Sequence record: PZ789432.1
Source: a phage
Reading direction: 5' to 3' (one strand)
DNA: 44,996 nt
Below the pieces are notes generated by a model. It was given only the letters and a program-made list of their open reading frames with translations, searched no databases and was not told the DNA's origin. Positions 23,774-32,210 of the stretch are shown here, piece after piece. Both the position numbers and the translations under genes were made by a program. Numbering within the stretch: the first letter of the stretch is position 1; every line of letters starts with the position of its first letter.

Positions 23774-23999
23774 ACTGGAAAGTCGCCGGAAGGCTGCACA
23801 GGGTGATGACAAACCAAACCTGATTGAACCCTCTGCACCTGCTGCTGCGTCTGAAGATAATGGCCCACTCTCTCGTGAGCAGTACCTGCGTGAGATGATG
23901 ACTCTTAGCTCTCGCTTCGGTACAGACAAGAAAGCTGCTGCTGAGTATCAGGCTAAACTGGATGCTCGCCGTCGTGCTGGTATGGCTCGCGGTCTGTAA
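23628..23999 (+). CDS. capsid scaffolding protein, fragment 2 of 2; frame-disrupted
   Basis: Removing one G from aacGGcattc at ~23711 joins ...ALSDDELN to AFNAVMESGNQYLQQYAV... giving a ~307-aa protein. Confidence 0.7.
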   Translation: MFLRKLVAKKVGPVLRSGHLKRCLMTNSTAFNAVMESGNQYLQQYAVRELESRRKAAQGDDKPNLIEPSAPAAASEDNGPLSREQYLREMMTLSSRFGTDKKAAAEYQAKLDARRRAGMARGL

Positions 24000-24003
24000 T
24001 CAG

Positions 24004-24027
24004 TATTTACTGGACACTATAGAAGGG
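24004..24027 (+). promoter_or_regulatory. phage RNAP promoter for the capsid gene (tatttactggacactatagaaggg)
   Basis: Exact consensus; +1 G at 24022; transcript starts with hairpin gggagaaaatgtctccc. Confidence 0.8.
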
Positions 24028-24076
24028 AGAAAATGTCTCCCTAAATTATCAATTTGATTTATAAGGAGGTTTATTA

Positions 24077-25282
24077 ATGAGCACCCCGAATAACCTGACC
24101 AACGTTGCAGTCTCCGCTTCCGGCGAGGTAGACAGCCTTCTCATTGAGAAATTCAATGGCAAGGTAAATGAGCAGTACCTGAAAGGTGAGAACATCATGT
24201 CCTACTTTGATGTTCAGACTGTTACTGGTACTAACACTGTAAGCAACAAATATTTGGGTGAAACCGAGTTGCAGGTTCTGGCACCGGGCCAGTCTCCGGC
24301 TGCAACCTCTACTCAGGCCGATAAAAACCAACTGGTAATTGACGCCACTGTTATTGCTCGTAACACTGTGGCTCACCTGCATGACGTACAGGGTGATATT
24401 GATAGCCTGAAGCCGAAGCTTGCTACTAACCAAGCGAAGCAGCTGAAGAAGATGGAAGATGAAATGCTGATTCAGCAGATGCTGCTGGGCGGTATTGCTA
24501 ACACTCAGGCTAAGCGTACTAATCCGCGTGTTAAAGGACATGGCTTCTCTGTCAACGTAGAAGTTGCAGAAAGTGAAGCACTGGTCAACCCGCAGTATGT
24601 AATGGCGGCTGTAGAGTTTGCTCTGGAGCAGCAGCTTGAGCAGGAAGTAGACATCTCTGATGTAGCTATCCTGATGCCGTGGCGCTACTTCAACGTACTG
24701 CGTGATGCAGACCGTATCGTTGACAAGAGCTACACCATTAGCCAGTCTGGTGCAACCATTCAGGGTTTTGTTCTGTCTTCTTACAACTGCCCTGTTATCC
24801 CGTCTAACCGCTTCCCTAAATTCTCTGCTGGTCAGAAACATCACCTGCTGTCAAATGAAGACAACGGTTATCGTTATGACCCGACTGCAGAAATGAATGG
24901 CGCTATCGCTGTACTGTTCACTGCTGATGCGTTGCTGGTTGGTCGTTCTATTGATGTTACTGGCGATATCTTCTATGAGAAGAAAGAGAAGACCTACTAC
25001 ATTGATACTTTCATGTCTGAAGGTGCAATCCCTGATCATTGGGAAGCAGTGTCTGTTGTGACAACTAAGCGTAACTCATCTACTGGTGAGGCTGAGGGTA
25101 CTGATGGAGCACAGCACACTCAAGTTCTTAACCGTGCACAGCGCAAAGCTGTATACGTCAAGAATGCTGCTCCGGCAGGTGCTGCCGCTGCTGCTAGTCT
25201 GTCTGCTGAAGACTTAGTTGCTGCTGTCCGTGCTGTCATGGCAAATGACATTAAGCCGACTGCAATGAAACCTGCTGAGTAA
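24077..25282 (+). CDS. major capsid protein
   Basis: 401 aa; strong SD AAGGAGG; framed by promoter and terminator like T7 gene 10. Confidence 0.85.
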   Translation: MSTPNNLTNVAVSASGEVDSLLIEKFNGKVNEQYLKGENIMSYFDVQTVTGTNTVSNKYLGETELQVLAPGQSPAATSTQADKNQLVIDATVIARNTVAHLHDVQGDIDSLKPKLATNQAKQLKKMEDEMLIQQMLLGGIANTQAKRTNPRVKGHGFSVNVEVAESEALVNPQYVMAAVEFALEQQLEQEVDISDVAILMPWRYFNVLRDADRIVDKSYTISQSGATIQGFVLSSYNCPVIPSNRFPKFSAGQKHHLLSNEDNGYRYDPTAEMNGAIAVLFTADALLVGRSIDVTGDIFYEKKEKTYYIDTFMSEGAIPDHWEAVSVVTTKRNSSTGEAEGTDGAQHTQVLNRAQRKAVYVKNAAPAGAAAAASLSAEDLVAAVRAVMANDIKPTAMKPAE

Positions 25283-25290
25283 TACCTATG

Positions 25291-25323
25291 CCCTATCTAC
25301 CTTGCGTAGGTAGGGTTCTTTTT
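25291..25323 (+). terminator. hairpin + U-run terminator after the capsid gene (T-phi analog)
   Basis: ccctatctac-cttgc-gtaggtaggg followed by TTCTTTTT. Confidence 0.65.
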
Positions 25324-25336
25324 GTTAGGAGGATTC

Positions 25337-26074
25337 ATGCCTGTAATTAAACAAACCAGTAAAGTAGGACACATGATGGAAGATGTGGCCTTCCAGATTA
25401 TTGATAGCAAGCTTGAAGCGGTCAACTTGTGTATGCGAGCTATTGGTCGTGAGGGTGTGGATTCTCTCGACTCAGGCGATCTTGATGCAGAAGATGCAAG
25501 TAAGATGATTGATATTGTATCCCAGCGCTTCCAGTATAACAAAGGCGGTGGCTGGTGGTTCAATCGTGAACCTAACTGGCAGCTTGCACCAGACACGAAC
25601 GGTGAGATTAACTTGCCTAATAACTGCCTAGCTGTATTGCAGTGCTACGCATTGGGTGAGAAGAAAGTGCCTATGACTATGCGTGCAGGTAAGCTTTACT
25701 CCACATGGAGTCACACCTTTGATATGCGCAAGCATGTTAATGCTAATGGCATGATTCGTCTTACCTTACTCACCTTACTACCCTACGAGCATCTACCTAC
25801 AAGTGTAATGCAGGCTATTGCCTATCAAGCTGCTGTAGAGTTTATTGTGTCTAAGGATGCAGATCAGACTAAGCTAGCCACTGCGCAGCAGATAGCCACT
25901 CAGCTTCTTATGGATGTACAATCTGAGCAAATGTCACAGAAGCGATTAAACATGCTGGTACATAACCCCACTCAGCGTCAGTTTGGTATCATGGCTGGTG
26001 GCTCTCAGAATGTACCTGCTTACTCTCATTCACCTTATGAAAGTTGGGCGCTCCGTCCGTGGGAGGATCGTTAA
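25337..26074 (+). CDS. tail tubular protein A (T7 gp11-like)
   Basis: ORF track 25322..26074; ATG 25337 after AGGAGGA; position and size. Confidence 0.75.
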   Translation: MPVIKQTSKVGHMMEDVAFQIIDSKLEAVNLCMRAIGREGVDSLDSGDLDAEDASKMIDIVSQRFQYNKGGGWWFNREPNWQLAPDTNGEINLPNNCLAVLQCYALGEKKVPMTMRAGKLYSTWSHTFDMRKHVNANGMIRLTLLTLLPYEHLPTSVMQAIAYQAAVEFIVSKDADQTKLATAQQIATQLLMDVQSEQMSQKRLNMLVHNPTQRQFGIMAGGSQNVPAYSHSPYESWALRPWEDR

Positions 26075-28476
26075 TGGAAGTACAAGGTTCATTAGGTAGA
26101 CAAATCCAAGGGATTAGCCAGCAGCCGCCAGCGGTACGCTTGGATGGTCAGTGCACAGCTATGGTTAATATGATACCTGATGTAGTGAATGGTACTCAAT
26201 CACGCATGGGTACAACTCATATTGCAAAGATACTTGATGCTGGGACTGATGACATGGCTATTCATCATTATCGCAGAGGTGATGGTGATGAAGAGTATTT
26301 CTTCACGTTGAAGAAAGGACAAGTTCCTGAGATATTTGATAAGTATGGGCGCAAATGTAATGTGACTTCACAAGATGCACCTATGACCTACCTCTCTGAG
26401 GTTGTTAATCCAAGGGAAGATGTACAATTCATGACGATAGCTGATGTTACTTTCATGCTTAATCGTAGGAAAGTAGTTAAAGCTAGTAACAGGAAGTCAC
26501 CTAAAGTTGGAAACAAAGCCATTGTGTTTTGTGCGTATGGTCAATATGGTACATCTTATTCCATTGTAATTAATGGGACCAACGCTGCTAGTTTTAAAAC
26601 ACCGGATGGTGGAAGTGCAGACCATGTTGAACAAATTCGAACTGAACGTATCACTTCTGAATTGTACTCTAAGTTGCAGCAATGGAGCGGTGTGAGTGAC
26701 TATGAAATACAAAGAGACGGTACTAGTATATTTATCGAGAGACGGGATGGTGCTAGCTTTACAATAACAACCACCGATGGTGCAAAAGGTAAGGACTTAG
26801 TGGCTATCAAGAATAAAGTTAGCTCTACTGACCTACTCCCTTCTCGTGCGCCTGCTGGTTATAAAGTACAAGTGTGGCCCACTGGCAGCAAACCTGAGTC
26901 TCGTTACTGGCTGCAAGCTGAGCCTAAAGAGGGAAACCTTGTGTCTTGGAAAGAAACAATAGCTGCTGATGTATTACTTGGGTTTGATAAAAGCACAATG
27001 CCTTACATTATTGAACGTACAGATATCATCAACGGCATAGCTCAATTCAAGATAAGACAAGGTGATTGGGAAGATCGTAAAGTAGGGGATGACTTGACTA
27101 ACCCTATGCCCTCTTTTATTGATGAGGAGGTACCACAGACAATAGGTGGAATGTTCATGGTGCAGAACCGCCTATGCTTTACAGCAGGTGAAGCGGTTAT
27201 TGCTTCTCGTACATCATACTTCTTCGATTTCTTTCGTTATACGGTTATCTCTGCATTGGCAACTGACCCATTTGATATTTTCTCAGATGCTAGTGAAGTC
27301 TACCAGCTAAAACATGCAGTGACCTTAGATGGCGCTACCGTGTTGTTCTCTGATAAGTCACAATTCATACTGCCAGGCGATAAGCCTTTAGAGAAGTCAA
27401 ATGCACTGCTTAAGCCTGTTACAACATTTGAAGTGAACAATAAAGTGAAGCCAGTAGTAACTGGTGAATCGGTAATGTTTGCCACTAATGATGGTTCTTA
27501 CTCTGGTGTACGAGAGTTCTATACCGACTCTTATAGTGACACTAAGAAGGCACAAGCAATCACAAGTCATGTGAATAAACTCATCGAAGGTAACATTACC
27601 AACATGGCAGCAAGCACCAATGTCAACAGGTTACTTGTCACTACCGATAAGTATCGTAACATAATCTACTGCTACGATTGGTTATGGCAAGGAACAGACC
27701 GTGTACAATCAGCATGGCATGTATGGAAGTGGCCTATAGGTACAAAGGTGCGAGGTATGTTTTATTCTGGTGAATTACTTTACCTGCTCCTTGAGCGAGG
27801 AGATGGCGTATATCTGGAGAGGGTGGACATGGGTGATGCACTAACCTACGGTTTGAATGACCGCATCAGAATGGATAGGCAAGCAGAGTTAGTCTTCAAG
27901 TATTTTAAAGCAGAAGATGAATGGGTATCTGAACCGCTCCCTTGGACTCCTACTAACCCAGAACTTTTAGATTGCATCTTAATCGAGGGTTGGGATTCAT
28001 ATATTGGTGGCTCTTTCTTATTCAAGTACAACCCTAGTGACAATACTTTGTCTACAACCTTTGATATGTATGATGACAGTCATGTAAAAGCGAAGGTTAT
28101 TGTTGGTCAGATTTACCCTCAAGAGTTTGAACCTACGCCTGTGGTTATCAGAGACAATCAAGACCGTGTATCCTACATTGATGTACCAGTTGTAGGATTG
28201 GTTCACCTTAATCTTGACATGTACCCCGATTTCTCCGTAGAAGTTAAGAATGTGAAGAGTGGTAAAGTACGTAGAGTGTTAGCGTCAAACCGTATAGGTG
28301 GTGCTCTCAATAATACAGTAGGCTATGTTGAACCGAGAGAAGGTGTCTTCAGATTTCCACTGAGAGCTAAGAGCACGGATGTTGTTTATCGTATTATTGT
28401 AGAGTCACCTCACACATTCCAGCTTCGTGATATTGAGTGGGAAGGGAGCTACAATCCAACCAAAAGGAGGGTCTAA
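26074..28476 (+). CDS. tail tubular protein B (T7 gp12-like)
   Basis: ORF track 26044..28476; ATG 26074 overlaps the upstream stop; GISQQPP motif as in T7 gp12 N-terminus. Confidence 0.85.
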   Translation: MEVQGSLGRQIQGISQQPPAVRLDGQCTAMVNMIPDVVNGTQSRMGTTHIAKILDAGTDDMAIHHYRRGDGDEEYFFTLKKGQVPEIFDKYGRKCNVTSQDAPMTYLSEVVNPREDVQFMTIADVTFMLNRRKVVKASNRKSPKVGNKAIVFCAYGQYGTSYSIVINGTNAASFKTPDGGSADHVEQIRTERITSELYSKLQQWSGVSDYEIQRDGTSIFIERRDGASFTITTTDGAKGKDLVAIKNKVSSTDLLPSRAPAGYKVQVWPTGSKPESRYWLQAEPKEGNLVSWKETIAADVLLGFDKSTMPYIIERTDIINGIAQFKIRQGDWEDRKVGDDLTNPMPSFIDEEVPQTIGGMFMVQNRLCFTAGEAVIASRTSYFFDFFRYTVISALATDPFDIFSDASEVYQLKHAVTLDGATVLFSDKSQFILPGDKPLEKSNALLKPVTTFEVNNKVKPVVTGESVMFATNDGSYSGVREFYTDSYSDTKKAQAITSHVNKLIEGNITNMAASTNVNRLLVTTDKYRNIIYCYDWLWQGTDRVQSAWHVWKWPIGTKVRGMFYSGELLYLLLERGDGVYLERVDMGDALTYGLNDRIRMDRQAELVFKYFKAEDEWVSEPLPWTPTNPELLDCILIEGWDSYIGGSFLFKYNPSDNTLSTTFDMYDDSHVKAKVIVGQIYPQEFEPTPVVIRDNQDRVSYIDVPVVGLVHLNLDMYPDFSVEVKNVKSGKVRRVLASNRIGGALNNTVGYVEPREGVFRFPLRAKSTDVVYRIIVESPHTFQLRDIEWEGSYNPTKRRV

Positions 28477-29198
28477 TGGCTATAGGTTCAGCCGTTATGG
28501 CTGGTATGTCTTCTATTGGTAGTATGTTTGCAGGCAGTGGTGCAGCAGCCGCTGCTGGAGGTGCTGCCGCAGGTGGCGGAGGCTTGCTAGGTTCTCTAGG
28601 TGGCTTCCTAAGCGGCTCTACTGCTGGCTTCTCTAATGCTGGGCTTCTTGGTGCTGGCCTTCAAGGTTTAGGCTTGATTGGTGATCTCTTTGGTGGAAGT
28701 GATGAAGCCAAGGCAATGAAGAAAGCACAAGAAGAACAGTGGCGGCAGCAACTTATTGCTACACAAGAAGCATACAAAACAGTAGCAGATGCAGAGCGTT
28801 CTGCTGCTAAACAATATCATGCAGATGCAATAAGCAATCAGGCTTCACTACTACAGCAGCGAGCACAGGTTGCATTACTAGCAGGTGCTACTGGTACTGG
28901 TGGTAACTCTGTAACTTCTATGCTGAATGACTTAGCAGCAGAGGGCGGGAGGAACCAGAGTACAATTATTGATAACTATGAGAATCAGAAGATTAACTTC
29001 ACCAATCAGCTTAAGTCTATCCAGCGAGGTGGACAGATGCAGATGCGTGAGTTTAAGAAGCCTTCTGCCGTGAGCACCTTGGTGCAAGGTATACCGAGTC
29101 TGGCATCTGCCTATGTAACAGGTAGTAAGTCCGGCATGGCTTTAGGTAAAGCTTTAACTGATTCTCGTACATATTCATCTGGAACAAGAGGTATTTAA
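28476..29198 (+). CDS. internal virion protein (Gly/Ala-rich)
   Basis: ORF track 28437..29198; ATG 28476 after AAGGAGG; Gly/Ala-rich N-terminal segment. Confidence 0.7.
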   Translation: MAIGSAVMAGMSSIGSMFAGSGAAAAAGGAAAGGGGLLGSLGGFLSGSTAGFSNAGLLGAGLQGLGLIGDLFGGSDEAKAMKKAQEEQWRQQLIATQEAYKTVADAERSAAKQYHADAISNQASLLQQRAQVALLAGATGTGGNSVTSMLNDLAAEGGRNQSTIIDNYENQKINFTNQLKSIQRGGQMQMREFKKPSAVSTLVQGIPSLASAYVTGSKSGMALGKALTDSRTYSSGTRGI

Positions 29199-32146
29199 TG
29201 GCAATTGAGCGACAAGCAGTACAAGGTCTGCCACAAGTGCAGGCCACTTCTCCTAATGTCATGACCTTTGCACCTCAGCGAGTTGGAGGTGTGGAGGCTG
29301 GCGTAGCTTCTACCTCCGGTAGTCGATTTATCGAAGACCTTATTCGAGCAGCCAGTAGTGTAGCTGATGTAACCACTGGTATCCTTAATCAAAAGATTGA
29401 GGAAGATAAGGTTGTTCAAATGGAACGGGCATATAACGGATTAATGCCTTCTGAGGATGCAACTCGTGGTGGCGCTCGTGCTAACATGCTTGTCAAAGCT
29501 CAACTGCTAGCTAATGATGAAGCAGCACGAATGAAAGACATGGCTACTCGTTTCCAAGGGACGGATGACGAGTGGACACAACTTATGGTTGACTCTCGTA
29601 ATGAGATGCAGAATAAGCTGTTCCAGCAATACCCTGAGTTGCAAGGTGACAAAGATACTATGCGTATGGTCACTAATGTCTTCCAAGAACAGCAGCCTCA
29701 GATTTGGGCGACACGAACCCAGCATAAACTTGACCGTGAACAAGCAGACCGTGAGGATACCTTTGACGGGCGAGTGGCTTCTACTTGGGATTCTAATATT
29801 GACCCTGAAGCATCTGGCTATGCTTTACAGGAACGAATCCGCGAAGGTCTTACTCAAGGATTACTACCTGAACAGATGCACAAGAAGTTAGTCCAGCGAG
29901 CAATTTCACTTGCACAAGGCGGTGATGTTAGCATGGCTGAAGCCCTGAAGTATGTGAAGGACGATAAGGGTGTTTCTGTTTATGCTAAGAATCCACAGCT
30001 TATCACAGCCATCACTAGTGGTAATGCAGTTTGGGCTAGGAATAATGTAGCTGATGTAACTCGTATGTCTTTCGAAGTTAAAGAATCATACCTTGCAGGT
30101 GATTTAACTGATGAAGAATTGTTGGAACGAGCACAGCACATTAATAATCTGACAGGTAACTATGTCTTCTCTAATCCAGAACTAGAGGCACTGATGCGCC
30201 AACGGGCTAAGCAGAATGCAGAGCTAGGTGCAATGCAGGATATGCGACGTGAGCTTTACTCCGACCGCCTGACTGGCTTCCAAGGTAAGACTGATAAAGA
30301 GAAGAAGGCTTACATTGATGTTATCAAACAGGATAGCCAACTTTATGCAGACCAGCAAATCAAACAACGTGGCTTGGACCCTTACAGTCAAGAGGCTGAA
30401 GCTATTCGTGGTGCAGTGGAAGTGCAGCGCCTGCAATTCATGAACTCCAAAGGCTTAGTGGATGATACCTTTGAGTCTCGTATCAAAGCCATGGAATCTA
30501 TGCTATCGCCTGAGCACTTTGCCAAGGGCGAACCACAGGAGTTGATGACTATTCGCCAGTTGTGGGAACAGTTGCCAGAAGAGAGCCGAGGTGTCTTTGG
30601 TGACACGGTTAATGGCTACATGGATAACTACAACACTGCACTACAAATGGGAGAGACACCTTTGCAGGCTGCAAGGTTTGCGCGTGAAGCACAGCAGAAA
30701 TTCTCTCGTACTGAGAAGGAAACCAAGAAGTTCAACTCAGCTATTGGAGATGCACTGGATGAGGTATCTGGTGCTGGCTGGTTTGATGGTAAAACCGAAG
30801 TGTCAGACTTAGGTAAAGCTATTGCGGAAGAAGAGTTACGAGCTAAGGCCAATATGTTGTGGTCTAGTGGTATGCGTAACATGGATTCTATCAAGAAGGC
30901 TTTAATTACTTGGGGCAATAAACGCTACACTCAAACAGAGGATGCAAAGACTTCCGGTGGCTATTTCATTAAAGGTGATTACACTTCTGCATCTGATATG
31001 CTTATGTCAGTTGGGAAAGGCGTAAACCCTACCGATGTACCTCTGGCGCTTGGTAGGTATGTAGAAACACAGATGCCAGAATTGAAGAAGGAGCTTCAAG
31101 AGTGGGAAACTAAAGATGATATATACATTGATTACAATGAACAGAAAGGTACTTTCGTGATTCGTGCTGGTGCAGCAGGTCGCCCTCTTTCTGGAGTAAT
31201 CCCTGTAACCTCTTTAGATACCACTTCACTACTAGATTCTGCCTATCAGAAGAAAGTAGAGGAACGAGATAAAGGCGAGTATGTTCACCCTTATCGTACA
31301 GATATTGGTGCACAAGAGCCTATGCCAGCTAAACCCACTGCCAAAGATATTGGTAAATTTGGACTAGCTAACTTCCTCATGTCTTCTGCTTTTGCTTCTG
31401 GTGAGAATCTGCCTTCTAACTTCGAGATTAACTATCGAGGTAATATGCAACAATTCTATGACAAGCTAGCTATGGATGAGAATAAAGATAAAGTTGGCTT
31501 TAATAAGGCAACTGGAACCTTTACTCCATATAAAGATGCTCACGGTGAGTCTATCGGTTACGGTCATTTCTTAACGGAAGAAGAGAAGCGAAACGGGTAT
31601 ATTAAGATTGGTGATGAACTAGTTCCCTATCGAGGGTCTATGTCTCAGCTTACAGAGAGCAAGGCTCGCGCTCTTATGGAGCAAGATGCCAAGAAGCATG
31701 TGCCTCCTACTCGTGACTGGAAGATTCCGTTTGACCAGATGCATCCTGCACAGCAACGTGGCTTGATGGATTTAACCTACAATTTAGGTAAAGGTGGAAT
31801 CCAGAACTCACCGCGTGCTCTTGCTGCATTCAAAGCTGGTAAGCTTACGGAAGGCTTTATCGAAATGCTGGGCACTGCATCAAGTGAAGGTAAACGTATT
31901 CCGGGCCTACTGAAGCGACGCGCTGAGGCATACAATATGGCAGCTGCTGGTGGTGTACCTAAGATCACAGAAGTGGAGACGAGGGAAGATGGCTCTATGT
32001 GGGTTAAGTTTGGTGGACCTATGCCAGCAGGCTCTATTTCTGCGTGGACGCATAAACGTATTGGAGCCGATGGCTGGTATCAGGTTTATGAGGCTGCACC
32101 TACCAAGTTAGCTAAAGACTCTAAGGTAGGTAAAGTTAAATTGTAG
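29198..32146 (+). CDS. internal virion protein with C-terminal lysozyme-like domain
   Basis: 982 aa; C-terminal region (~31400..31950) ...GESIGYGHFLTEEEK...LMDLTYNLGKGG... resembles T4-lysozyme-type muramidases. Confidence 0.75.
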   Translation: MAIERQAVQGLPQVQATSPNVMTFAPQRVGGVEAGVASTSGSRFIEDLIRAASSVADVTTGILNQKIEEDKVVQMERAYNGLMPSEDATRGGARANMLVKAQLLANDEAARMKDMATRFQGTDDEWTQLMVDSRNEMQNKLFQQYPELQGDKDTMRMVTNVFQEQQPQIWATRTQHKLDREQADREDTFDGRVASTWDSNIDPEASGYALQERIREGLTQGLLPEQMHKKLVQRAISLAQGGDVSMAEALKYVKDDKGVSVYAKNPQLITAITSGNAVWARNNVADVTRMSFEVKESYLAGDLTDEELLERAQHINNLTGNYVFSNPELEALMRQRAKQNAELGAMQDMRRELYSDRLTGFQGKTDKEKKAYIDVIKQDSQLYADQQIKQRGLDPYSQEAEAIRGAVEVQRLQFMNSKGLVDDTFESRIKAMESMLSPEHFAKGEPQELMTIRQLWEQLPEESRGVFGDTVNGYMDNYNTALQMGETPLQAARFAREAQQKFSRTEKETKKFNSAIGDALDEVSGAGWFDGKTEVSDLGKAIAEEELRAKANMLWSSGMRNMDSIKKALITWGNKRYTQTEDAKTSGGYFIKGDYTSASDMLMSVGKGVNPTDVPLALGRYVETQMPELKKELQEWETKDDIYIDYNEQKGTFVIRAGAAGRPLSGVIPVTSLDTTSLLDSAYQKKVEERDKGEYVHPYRTDIGAQEPMPAKPTAKDIGKFGLANFLMSSAFASGENLPSNFEINYRGNMQQFYDKLAMDENKDKVGFNKATGTFTPYKDAHGESIGYGHFLTEEEKRNGYIKIGDELVPYRGSMSQLTESKARALMEQDAKKHVPPTRDWKIPFDQMHPAQQRGLMDLTYNLGKGGIQNSPRALAAFKAGKLTEGFIEMLGTASSEGKRIPGLLKRRAEAYNMAAAGGVPKITEVETREDGSMWVKFGGPMPAGSISAWTHKRIGADGWYQVYEAAPTKLAKDSKVGKVKL

Positions 32147-32163
32147 TACCTAACTCAAGGCTT

Positions 32164-32179
32164 GTCTCACATGTGAGAC
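32164..32179. repeat. 16-bp perfect palindrome GTCTCACATGTGAGAC in a terminator-like context
   Basis: Extended stem cttgtctcaca/tgtgagacagg followed by tcttt. Confidence 0.8.
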
Positions 32180-32210
32180 AGGTCTTTATGATAGGCACTA
32201 TGGAGGAACT

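Noticed and set aside
24074-24844. 256-aa minus-strand ORF antisense to the major capsid gene
   Set aside because: Same reasoning; the + strand gene has SD, promoter, terminator and capsid-like context.
32188-32206. Weak promoter-like sequence ataggcactatggagg
   Set aside because: Several core mismatches (GCACTATGG vs GACACTATAG); more likely just the leader/SD of the downstream gene.
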